A DNA stretch of 64,000 nucleotides from Myxococcota bacterium. Its GTDB lineage: Bacteria > Myxococcota_A > Polyangia > Polyangiales > Sandaracinaceae. The notes beneath the pieces are model-generated. The model was given only the letters and a program-made list of their open reading frames with translations, searched no databases and was not told the origin of the DNA. The DNA lies in contig JAYZQJ010000191.1 in NCBI GenBank assembly GCA_036149055.1, forward strand, positions 10,643 to 74,642. Direction: 5' to 3'. Shown here in pieces: positions 11,858-20,768 of the stretch (positions are counted from its first letter, which is position 1; every line of letters starts with the position of its first letter). The translations under genes and the position numbers were made by a program.

Positions 11858-14800
11858 ATGAACCGCAGCAGCTACGACGTCGTCGTCGTCGGAGCCGGGC
11901 CCGCCGGGTGCGGCGCCGCGCTCGCTCACGCCCGCCGGGGCGCCTCCGTGCTCGTGGTCGAGGCCGACCCTCGCGCCGCGAAGCGCTTCGCCGGCGAGTG
12001 GCTCCACCCCACCGGCGTCGCCGTGCTCGACGCGCTCCGGGTCGGCCGCCTCGAGCAGGCGAGGGCCCGCGCGGGCTACGGCTTCGTCATCTTCCCCGAC
12101 GACGGCAGCGAGCCGATCGAGATGGCCTACACCGAGGGCGTCGCGCTGAGCGCCGAGCACCACGCGATCGTCGAGGCGATGCGCGACGCGCTCCGGGCCG
12201 AGGACCGGGTGGAGCTGCTCATCGGAGGCCGCGCGGTGCGGGTCGCCGACGGCGTCATCCGGATCGAGGACAAGAAGAGCGGCCGCGCGACCGACGTGCG
12301 CGCCGGACGGATCATCGGCGCCGACGGCCGCAAGTCGACGGTGCGCGAGAGCCTCGGCGTCCCGACCCAGAAGAGCGCGCCGCTGAGCTACATGGCCTCG
12401 GTCGAGCTGCGCGACGTGGAGCTGCCCTTCGAGGGCTTCGGTCACCTCGTCCTCGGCGGACCCGGCCCGGCGCTCTTCTACCGCATCGGCGACGGGCTCA
12501 TCCGCGGCTGCCTCGACGTGCCGATCGCGCTCGGCCCGAACGCGCGCTCGCTCGAGGCGCTCTGGGACGGCTTCGGCCCGGTGATGCCGGAGTCGATGCG
12601 CCCCGCGCTCCGCGCCGCCCTCGAGCGCGGCCCGAGCGGCTGGGCGATCAACCAGTTCCGCCCCCGCGCGCTCTTCGGCGCCGGCGACGTGCGGCTGGTC
12701 GGCGACGCGGTCGGCCACGTGCACCCGATGACGGCCACCGGCATGACGCTCGGCCTGCTCGACGCCAAGGCCCTCGCCGAGAGCGACAGCCTGGAGTCCT
12801 ACGCCAAGGCGCGCCGGAGCTACGTGCCGGAGCTGCTGTCGAACGCGCTCTACCACTGCTTCCGCCGTGACGACCCGAGCGCGACCGCGATCCGCCGCGC
12901 GATGTTCGAGACGCTCCGCAAGGAGCCCCGCGAGCGCCGCCGCACGATGGACATCCTCGCCGGCACCGATCAGAGCCGGCGCAGCTTCGGCTCGGCCTTC
13001 CTCCGCATCGCCGCCCGCGCGGTCGGCGGCTCCCTCGAGAGCGAGCGCCCGCTGTCGCGCCTCATGAGCTTCGGCGAGTGGATGCAGTGGCCCGCCGCGC
13101 TGGTGGTGCCGAGCGGCCTCGACGCGAGCGTGCGCGCCCAGAGCAGCACGACGCACCCGATCCCGCAGCTGGCCAAGCTCACGCCGACCGCGGCCCCCGT
13201 GGCCCCGCCCGAGACGCCCGGCGGGAAGGCGCCGGCGCTCGACGTGCCGCTCACCCCGGCCCTCGAGCGCGGCACCGCGGCGCTCCTCCGGGAGCTCGAG
13301 CGGCTCGCGATGCAGTTCGGCGAGGTGCCCGACGCGACCCTGGCCGGCCCGGCGCTCTCCTGCATCCGCGCGATCACCGCGACCCGGATGCGCCTCGGCA
13401 TGGCCGCGCGCATGACGCTCGGGCGTCGCCGCCTCGCCACCGAGGGCTTCCCCCGCCTCCTCGACGCCGAGCCGCACGCGCGGCACCTGGCGGAGCTCTG
13501 CCTGGTGCTCCTCGACGGCGCGCCGTGGGACGAGCAGCCGATCGCGAGCCTCGACGAGGGCGTGCGCGCGCTGCTCGACTGCCAGACCGAGAGCGGCGGC
13601 TTCGCGCGCTCCCGGGGCGTCGCCTCCTCGCCCGGCGCGGCCGGAGAGCTCGAGCTGACCGCGCTCGCGTGTCGGGCGCTCGAGGTGGTCGCGCGCAAGG
13701 GCAAGAGCGACGCCGACCTCGGCCGCGCGCTCGAGCGGGCCGCCGACTGGGTCGTCTCGCTGCAGGGCGACGACGGCGACTTCGGCGGCGACGTCTCGCG
13801 CACCGCCTGGGCGATCGAGGCCCTCATCGCGGCCGGCGTGCACCCCGGCGATCCGGCGGCGCGTCGCGCGGTCCGCTGGCTCTCGGTGGCGCTCGACCCG
13901 AGCGGCGATCCGGTCGAGGCGGCGCGCGCCGTCCGGGCGCTCCTCGCCGCCGGCGTCTCCTCCAACGAGGCGATCGTCTCCGCGGCCCGCGGCCTCGCGT
14001 CGCTCGAGGAGACCGACTGGCGCGTGGCGCGCGAGGTGGTCGAGGCGCTCGCCGCCTGTGAGGTCCGCCGGGCCGAGCGGCCGCAGAAGCGCGCCCGTCG
14101 CCGCAAGCGCGGCAGCGACAAGTCGCCGATCGGGCCCGAGCTGAAGGCGGACTGGAAGTTCTGCCGCCAGGCGCTCGGCGAGGTCTCGCGCACCTTCGCG
14201 CGGCCGATCGAGATGCTCCCGCCGAAGCTCGAGGTCGCCGTCTCGCTCGGCTACCTCCTCTGCCGCATCGCCGACACCGTCGAGGACCACGTCGCGGTGC
14301 CCTTCGAGGTGAAGGACGATCTGTTCGCGAAGCTCTGCGCGGTGCTCGAGCACGGCGCGGATCCGGCGCCCTTCGCCGAGGCGTTCACCCACATCGAGGG
14401 CGACGACGCGGAGCTGTCCCTGGCCCGCGAGCTGCCGCGCGTGATGCGGGTCTACGACGCGCAGGACGAGGCGACGAAGAAGGCGTGCACGCGCTGGGTC
14501 ACCGAGATGGCCCGCGGCATGAGCCTCTACACGCACCGCAAGCCCGAGGCCGACGGCGTCGCGGCGCTGCACACGATCCCGGACCTCGAGCGCTACTGCT
14601 ACTACGTGGCGGGCACGGTCGGGCACCTCCTGACCGACCTCTTCGTCGACGCGATCGGCGAGGACCCCGAGGGCGCGCTCGCGATCGCGATGCGGGACCA
14701 CGCGGAGGGCTTCGCGACCGGCCTGCAGCTCACGAACATCCTGAAGGACGTGACCGACGACCTCGCGCGCGGGGTCTCGTTCATCCCGCGCACCGAGTGC

Positions 14801-15178
14801 GCGCGGCAGGGCTTCTCGGTCGCCGATCTCGCCGACCCGAAGGTGCGCGACCGGGCCCACGCCGCCGTCTCGCCGGTCTTCGACATCGCCAAGGAGCGGC
14901 TCGACGCGGCGCTCGAGTACTCGCTGCTCATCCCGTCCGAGCACCGCCAGATCCGGCTCTTCTGCCTGCTGCCGCTCTGGATGGCCGGCCGCACCCTGGC
15001 GCTCGGCCGCGGCAACGACGCGATGTTCGAGCCCGACCTGCCGGTCAAGATCACCCGGAGCGAGGTCGAGTCGCTGATCGCCGAGTGCATGACGCTCGCC
15101 GAGGACGACGACGCGCTGCGCGCTCGCTACGCGCGCCTGTTCGAGCCGGCCCAGGGCCAGCGGCGGGAGATGCGATGA
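11858..15178 (+). CDS. squalene epoxidase :: degenerate terpene-cyclase repeat domain :: squalene synthase fusion
   Basis: AAGGAG RBS; GAGPAG, GEWLHP, GADG, GDAVGHVHPMTATGM; central QW-like remnants; C-terminal SRTF, CRIADTVED, YCYYVAGTVG, GLQLTNILKD. Confidence 0.9.
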   Translation: MNRSSYDVVVVGAGPAGCGAALAHARRGASVLVVEADPRAAKRFAGEWLHPTGVAVLDALRVGRLEQARARAGYGFVIFPDDGSEPIEMAYTEGVALSAEHHAIVEAMRDALRAEDRVELLIGGRAVRVADGVIRIEDKKSGRATDVRAGRIIGADGRKSTVRESLGVPTQKSAPLSYMASVELRDVELPFEGFGHLVLGGPGPALFYRIGDGLIRGCLDVPIALGPNARSLEALWDGFGPVMPESMRPALRAALERGPSGWAINQFRPRALFGAGDVRLVGDAVGHVHPMTATGMTLGLLDAKALAESDSLESYAKARRSYVPELLSNALYHCFRRDDPSATAIRRAMFETLRKEPRERRRTMDILAGTDQSRRSFGSAFLRIAARAVGGSLESERPLSRLMSFGEWMQWPAALVVPSGLDASVRAQSSTTHPIPQLAKLTPTAAPVAPPETPGGKAPALDVPLTPALERGTAALLRELERLAMQFGEVPDATLAGPALSCIRAITATRMRLGMAARMTLGRRRLATEGFPRLLDAEPHARHLAELCLVLLDGAPWDEQPIASLDEGVRALLDCQTESGGFARSRGVASSPGAAGELELTALACRALEVVARKGKSDADLGRALERAADWVVSLQGDDGDFGGDVSRTAWAIEALIAAGVHPGDPAARRAVRWLSVALDPSGDPVEAARAVRALLAAGVSSNEAIVSAARGLASLEETDWRVAREVVEALAACEVRRAERPQKRARRRKRGSDKSPIGPELKADWKFCRQALGEVSRTFARPIEMLPPKLEVAVSLGYLLCRIADTVEDHVAVPFEVKDDLFAKLCAVLEHGADPAPFAEAFTHIEGDDAELSLARELPRVMRVYDAQDEATKKACTRWVTEMARGMSLYTHRKPEADGVAALHTIPDLERYCYYVAGTVGHLLTDLFVDAIGEDPEGALAIAMRDHAEGFATGLQLTNILKDVTDDLARGVSFIPRTECARQGFSVADLADPKVRDRAHAAVSPVFDIAKERLDAALEYSLLIPSEHRQIRLFCLLPLWMAGRTLALGRGNDAMFEPDLPVKITRSEVESLIAECMTLAEDDDALRARYARLFEPAQGQRREMR

Positions 15179-15882
15179 TGGGCTTCGAGCTTCCGATGAT
15201 GGACAACCTCTGGTTCCACGTCGCGATCGGCATCACGCTCTTCGTCGACGCGGTCCTCCTGGTGTTCCTCAGCTGGGCCTACCGCTCGCCGCGCTTCGCG
15301 AAGTACCACATTCGCAAGCCGATGGAGATGCGGGTCAGCAAGTCGAATTACCGCTGGACGGTGGGCGTCATCGGCCTGCTGTCGAGCAGCTCGACGGTGG
15401 TGCTCATCTACGGGCTCGCCCCGCTGACCATCAGCGAGACGACGACCACGCCCTGGTGGCTCATCGCGCTGCAGTTCTTCGGCGTGCTCTTCGTCTACGA
15501 CTTCGCCTACTACTTCATGCATCGGACGATGCATCACCGGAAGCTCATGCCGCTGGTGCACGAGATCCATCACCGCGTCCGCGTGCCGAGCGCGCTCGAG
15601 AGCCTCTACCTCTCGCCGGTCGAGATGCTCGCGGGCCTGCTGCTGCTGATGGCGGTGACGTGGGCGCTCGGCCCGGTGCACTGGATCGCCTTCGTGGCGG
15701 TCTTCTTCCTCTACTCGACGCTGCACATCGTCATCCACTCGGGGATGACCTTCCCGCACCCGGTCTTCCGCGTGATGAACCACCTCACGATGAAGCACCA
15801 CAAGCACCACCTGAACAAGCACGGTCACAACTTCGCGTCCGTGACCCCGCTGCCGGACATCGTGTTCGGCACCTCTGTCTGA
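15175..15882 (+). CDS. sterol desaturase / fatty acid hydroxylase superfamily membrane di-iron enzyme
   Basis: ATGA overlap; His boxes HRTMH, HEIHH, HSG, HHKHH; hydrophobic segments. Confidence 0.88.
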   Translation: MMGFELPMMDNLWFHVAIGITLFVDAVLLVFLSWAYRSPRFAKYHIRKPMEMRVSKSNYRWTVGVIGLLSSSSTVVLIYGLAPLTISETTTTPWWLIALQFFGVLFVYDFAYYFMHRTMHHRKLMPLVHEIHHRVRVPSALESLYLSPVEMLAGLLLLMAVTWALGPVHWIAFVAVFFLYSTLHIVIHSGMTFPHPVFRVMNHLTMKHHKHHLNKHGHNFASVTPLPDIVFGTSV

Positions 15883-15889
15883 GGCAGTC

Positions 15890-17560
15890 ATGTTCCTTCG
15901 CAGACCCGAAGTCCCGGAAGGGCTCAAGCCCGCGCCGGAGCTGTCCGGCGGGCTCCCGCTCGTCGGTCACACCGTCGAGTTCGTGCGCGACACGATCGGC
16001 ATGCTCGAGCGCGCCCACCACGAGCTCGGCGAGGTCGCCGCGGTGCGCGTCGCCGGCCGCCGCATGGTCGCCCTCTTCGGCCCCGAGGCCCACGAGGCGG
16101 TCTTCCGCGCGAAGGACCAGGTCCTCGACCCGCGCGAGGCCTACAAGATCATGACCCCCGTCTTCGGCGAGGGCATGGTCTACGACGCCTCGCCCGAGAA
16201 GATGAACGAGCAGTTCAAGATGCTGCTCCCGGCGCTCAAGGACCGCCGCATGCGCACCTACGGGGAGACCATCCTCGACGAGGTCGAGCGCAGCGTCGCG
16301 GACTGGGGGGACGAGGGCGAGATCGACATCGTCGACTACTGCCGCGTCCTGACGAACTTCACCTCCTCGCGCTGCCTCATCGGCGAGGAGTTCCGCGAGC
16401 GCATGACCGACGAGTTCGCGCGCATCTACCACGACCTCGAGCGCGGCGTGACGCCCCTCGCCTACATCGACGCGAACCTCCCGATCCCGAGCTTCAAGAA
16501 GCGGGACGCGGCCCGGGTCCGGCTCGTGAAGCTGATCGGCGCGATCATCGACGAGCGCGCCCGGACCGGCCGGACCGGTGAGGACTTCCTCCAGACCCTG
16601 ATGGAGGCCCGCTACCAGGACGGCGCGGCGCTCACCCACGACGAGATCACCGGGATGCTGCTCGCGGCGATGTTCGCCGGGCACCACACCAGCTCGGTCA
16701 CCACCGCGTGGGCCCTCATCGAGCTCTGCAAGAACCCCGCGTACATGCGGCGCGTGGTCGCGGAGCTCGACGAGACCTACGGCGAGAGCGGCCAGACCGA
16801 CTACCAGTCGCTCCGCAACATCCCGGTCACCGAGCACGCGGTGAAGGAGACCCTGCGGCTCTACCCGCCGCTCTTCCTGCTCATCCGGGTGGTGCAGAAG
16901 GACTGGACCTTCAAGGGGCACCACCTGCCGAAGGGCACCTGGATCCTCGTGTCACCGACCGTCTCGCAGCGCGACCGCGAGGTCTTCACCCACCCTTACA
17001 CCTTCGACCCCGACCGCTTCGCCGAGCCGCGCAACGAGGGCAAGAAGGACTGGGCGTTCATCGCCTTCGGCGGCGGCCGCCACAAGTGCCTGGGCAACGC
17101 GTTCGCGCTCCTCCAGGTCAAGGCGATCCTCGGCACGCTCCTGCGGCGCTACGAGTTCGAGCTGGTCGACCCGAAGGTGAAGCCGGACTTCCACGGCCTC
17201 GTCATCGGCCCCTCCGAGCCCTGCCGGCTGCGCTACCGCCGCCGCGAGGAGAAGGTCGCCGCCCGCCCGGCCCCGAAGGTCGAGGAGGCGCCGAAGCCGG
17301 CGCCGAAGAAGAAGGAGGAGCGAGTCCAGCTCCGGATCGCGCTCGACCTCGATCTCTGCCAGGGCCACGCGGTCTGCGTGAACGAGGCGCCGGGCGTCTT
17401 CTACGTCTCGGACGAGACCGGCAAGGTCGCCCTCCACACCGATCGCCCCGACCCGAGCCAGAACGACGCCGTGCGCGCCGCGGCCGACTACTGCCCGCAG
17501 CGCGTCATCCAGGTCCACGAAGAAGACGAAGCGCCCCTCACCTGCCCCGTGGCGCACTGA
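15890..17560 (+). CDS. cyp51: sterol 14alpha-demethylase CYP51 fused to a 3Fe-4S ferredoxin
   Basis: YKIMTPVFGEGMVYD, MFAGHHTS, ETLR, FGGGRHKCLG; P/K-rich linker; CQGHAVC...CP. Confidence 0.93.
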   Translation: MFLRRPEVPEGLKPAPELSGGLPLVGHTVEFVRDTIGMLERAHHELGEVAAVRVAGRRMVALFGPEAHEAVFRAKDQVLDPREAYKIMTPVFGEGMVYDASPEKMNEQFKMLLPALKDRRMRTYGETILDEVERSVADWGDEGEIDIVDYCRVLTNFTSSRCLIGEEFRERMTDEFARIYHDLERGVTPLAYIDANLPIPSFKKRDAARVRLVKLIGAIIDERARTGRTGEDFLQTLMEARYQDGAALTHDEITGMLLAAMFAGHHTSSVTTAWALIELCKNPAYMRRVVAELDETYGESGQTDYQSLRNIPVTEHAVKETLRLYPPLFLLIRVVQKDWTFKGHHLPKGTWILVSPTVSQRDREVFTHPYTFDPDRFAEPRNEGKKDWAFIAFGGGRHKCLGNAFALLQVKAILGTLLRRYEFELVDPKVKPDFHGLVIGPSEPCRLRYRRREEKVAARPAPKVEEAPKPAPKKKEERVQLRIALDLDLCQGHAVCVNEAPGVFYVSDETGKVALHTDRPDPSQNDAVRAAADYCPQRVIQVHEEDEAPLTCPVAH

Positions 17561-17574
17561 AGAGAGAGCAGCAC

Positions 17575-19149
17575 ATGCAGAACGTCGCCATCGAGCTCGA
17601 GAGCACCCCCGAGGTCATCGACTGCCGCGAGCCGGCCACCCACGCGCCCCTCGGCAAGGTGCCGGTGGACGGGCCGGACGTGGTCCGCGCCAAGGTCGCG
17701 CGGGCGCGCGTCGCGCAGAAGAGCTGGGGGGAGAGCACCTTCTCGGAGCGCCGCCGCCTCCTCAAGACCATCCTCGCCCACGTGCTCGACCACGCGGACG
17801 AGCTCTGCGAGGTCGTGGTCCGCGACGCCGGCAAGACCCGCGAGAACGCGGTGATGGGCGAGATCTGGCCGGTCTGCGAGAAGCTCCGCTGGACGATCGC
17901 GAACGGCGAGAAGCACCTCCGCCCCGAGCGCATGTCGAGCGGCCTGTTCCTGCACAAGAAGGCCACCGTCCTCTACCAGCCGCTCGGCGTCATCGGCGTG
18001 ATCTGCCCGTGGAACTACCCGCTGCAGAACGTGCTCGGGCCGACCATCCCGGCGCTCTTCGCGGGCAACGCGGTGGTGGTGAAGGTCTCCGAGCAGGTCG
18101 CGTGGTCGTCGGCGCGCATGCAGCGCATCTTCGACGAGGCGTTCGACGCGCTCGGCTACCCGAAGGACACCGTGCAGATCGTCAACGGCTACGGCGAGAC
18201 CGGCGCCGCGCTGGTCCGCTCGGGCGTCGACAAGGTGATCTTCACCGGCTCGGTCCCGAACGGCCGGAGGATCATCGAGGGCAGCGTCGAGAACATCACG
18301 CCCGTCATCCTCGAGCTCGGCGGCAAGGACGCGTTCATCGTCTGCGAGGACGCCCACATGGAGCAGGCGGTGCACGCCGCGCTCACCGGCGTGTTCATCG
18401 CGGCCGGCCAGAACTGCATGGCCGCCGAGCGCGTGCTCGTGCACGCGAAGGTCTACGACGACTTCGTCGGCCGCCTCGTGAGCGAGGTGAAGAAGCTCCG
18501 CGTGGGCGACGCGCCGCAGGGCGCGGTCGACGTGGGCGCGCTCGTCTCGCCGCAGCAGGTCGAGATCGTCGAGCGGCTCGTGAACGACGCGGTCGAGAGC
18601 GGCGCGCGGGTCCTCGTCGGCGGCAAGCGCGGCGATCGCCCGGGCCAGTTCTTCGAGCCCACCGTGCTCGTCGACGTCACCCCGGACATGGCGATCATGA
18701 ACGAGGAGGTCTTCGGCCCGGTGATGTGCGTGCACCGCTACGAGACCGACGACGAGGCGATCGAGATCGCCAACGGCACCCGCTTCGGCCTCGGCTCCAC
18801 CGTGATGAGCCGCTCGGGCACGCGCGCCCGCCGCCTCGCCGAGCGCCTCCGCGTCGGCTCCTGCACCATCAACGACTTCGGCTTCACCTACATGGCGCAG
18901 GACCTGCCCTTCGGCGGCGTGGACGCCAGCGGCTTCGGTCGGCTCAACGGCCGCGAGGGCCTGCGAGGCTGCACCAACCAGAAGGCCATCCTCGAGGATC
19001 GGCTGCCGCTGCACATGCCGGCCAAGCTCTACCCGGTGAAGCCCGAGGTCTACCCGCTCGTGCGCGGGGTGCTCCGGACGCTCTACCAGCCGACCCTGAC
19101 CGGCCGCGCCAAGGCGGTGGTCGAGCTCGCCAAGAACCTCCGCCGATGA
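17575..19149 (+). CDS. aldehyde dehydrogenase (ALDH22/Msc7-like)
   Basis: PWNYP, FTGS, LELGGKD, GQNC, EEVFGP, LPFGG. Confidence 0.9.
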   Translation: MQNVAIELESTPEVIDCREPATHAPLGKVPVDGPDVVRAKVARARVAQKSWGESTFSERRRLLKTILAHVLDHADELCEVVVRDAGKTRENAVMGEIWPVCEKLRWTIANGEKHLRPERMSSGLFLHKKATVLYQPLGVIGVICPWNYPLQNVLGPTIPALFAGNAVVVKVSEQVAWSSARMQRIFDEAFDALGYPKDTVQIVNGYGETGAALVRSGVDKVIFTGSVPNGRRIIEGSVENITPVILELGGKDAFIVCEDAHMEQAVHAALTGVFIAAGQNCMAAERVLVHAKVYDDFVGRLVSEVKKLRVGDAPQGAVDVGALVSPQQVEIVERLVNDAVESGARVLVGGKRGDRPGQFFEPTVLVDVTPDMAIMNEEVFGPVMCVHRYETDDEAIEIANGTRFGLGSTVMSRSGTRARRLAERLRVGSCTINDFGFTYMAQDLPFGGVDASGFGRLNGREGLRGCTNQKAILEDRLPLHMPAKLYPVKPEVYPLVRGVLRTLYQPTLTGRAKAVVELAKNLRR

Positions 19150-20750
19150 TCGAGACGTTCGACTACGTCGTGGTCGGCGGGGGCTCCGCCGGCTGCATCG
19201 TCGCGGCCGAGCTGAGCGAGGATCCGCGCGTCCGGGTGCTGCTCCTCGAGCGCGGGGACGACGCGCAGGAGCACCCCGAGACGCTCCGCGCCGACGGCTA
19301 CAAGGACGCGTTCGCGAACGACGCGCTCGTGCTCGAGCGCTTCAGCGTGCACGCCGATCGCTGGGGTGACCGCCGGCTCTTCATGGGCTCGGGGCACGGC
19401 CTCGGCGGCAGCGGCAACATTAACGGCATGGTCTACACCCGCGGCGCAAAGGTCGACTACGACGCCTTCCCCGAGGGCTGGCGCTGGGCCGACGTGGTGC
19501 CCGACTTCGAGCGCATCGAGGCGCAGCTCCGCCCGCGCCCCCGCGCGGCGACGGCCTTCACCGAGGTCTGCCTCGACGCGGCCGAGGAGGCGGGCTTCGC
19601 GCGCTCGAAGGACCTGAACGACGGCGACCTCGGCGGGGTGCTCGGCTACGAGCACATGAACTACGAGGGTGACGACCGGCGCAGCAGCTACGTCGCCTTC
19701 CTCCTGCCCGCGCTCGACCGCGGCAACCTCGTGGTCCGCACCAACGCGAAGGTCGAGCGCCTCACCGTCGACGAGCGGGGCGTCACCGGCGTGCGCTACG
19801 CCTGGGACGGCGGCGACCACGAGGCGCGGGCGGTCCGCGAGGTGGCGATGTGCGCCGGCGCCCTCGAGACGCCGCGCCTGCTGATGCTCTCGGGCATCGG
19901 GCCGAGCGGCGCGCTCCGGCACGTGGGCCTGCCCGCGGTGCACGAGGTGCCCGGGGTGGGCGAGAACCTCCACGACCACCCGAACGTGAGCCTCTTCTTC
20001 CGCGGTCAGCGCGAGGTCGACTGCAACTACCCGCAGCTCTACGGCTTCCACCGCGCGAACGAGGCGACCGACCTGCCCGAGGGCGCGAGCGACACCTGCT
20101 ACGTCTTCTACCCGGCCCGCAGCTCGCTCAAGGAAGCGATGATGCGCATGCTGCCGACGCTGGTGCTGCCGGAGCCGCTCTACGATCTGCCCGCGATGCC
20201 CAAGCTGGTGCGCGGCGGCGTGCGCCTCGCCTTCGGGCCGCGCGCGATGCGAGAGGCGGTCAAGCGCGTCTACGGCATCGTCGTCATCCTCGGCAAGCCC
20301 AAGAGCCGCGGCCGGCTCCGGCTCACCGCCTCGAGCCCGAGCGCCCCGGCGGCGATCGACCCGGGCTACTTCGCCGACCCCGAGGACATGGAGACGATGA
20401 TCCGCGGCGTCGAGCGCGCCCGCCGCATCGCCCGCGCGCAGCCGCTCCGGTCGTGGGGCAACACGGAGCTCTTCCCCGGCCTGCTCGGGCGCTCGCGCGA
20501 CGCGATCGAGGGCTGGATCCGGCAGAACGTGATGACCACGTATCACTACGCCGGCACCTGCGCGATGGGCGACAACGGCGCGAGCGTGTGCGATCCGCGC
20601 CTCCGGGTGCGGGGCGTGCGCGGCCTCCGGATCGCCGACGCCTCGGCCATCCCGTTCACGCCGGTCTCGGCCCTCAACGCCCCCTCCATGCTGGTCGGCC
20701 ACCGCGCCGCCCGCTTCATGCGCGAAGAGTCCCCAAGCGTGGACGCCTGA
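19146..20750 (+). CDS. GMC family oxidoreductase
   Basis: ATGA overlap; DYVVVGGGSAG, GLGGSGNINGMVY, GENLHDH, YHYAGTC, LNAP. Confidence 0.92.
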   Translation: MIETFDYVVVGGGSAGCIVAAELSEDPRVRVLLLERGDDAQEHPETLRADGYKDAFANDALVLERFSVHADRWGDRRLFMGSGHGLGGSGNINGMVYTRGAKVDYDAFPEGWRWADVVPDFERIEAQLRPRPRAATAFTEVCLDAAEEAGFARSKDLNDGDLGGVLGYEHMNYEGDDRRSSYVAFLLPALDRGNLVVRTNAKVERLTVDERGVTGVRYAWDGGDHEARAVREVAMCAGALETPRLLMLSGIGPSGALRHVGLPAVHEVPGVGENLHDHPNVSLFFRGQREVDCNYPQLYGFHRANEATDLPEGASDTCYVFYPARSSLKEAMMRMLPTLVLPEPLYDLPAMPKLVRGGVRLAFGPRAMREAVKRVYGIVVILGKPKSRGRLRLTASSPSAPAAIDPGYFADPEDMETMIRGVERARRIARAQPLRSWGNTELFPGLLGRSRDAIEGWIRQNVMTTYHYAGTCAMGDNGASVCDPRLRVRGVRGLRIADASAIPFTPVSALNAPSMLVGHRAARFMREESPSVDA

Positions 20751-20768
20751 AACCGCACCATCGGGCCT

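Noticed and set aside
13250..14060. Central domain of the 11858 gene as an active third cyclase
   Set aside because: Too short, and lacks a DCTAE or DXDD catalytic motif
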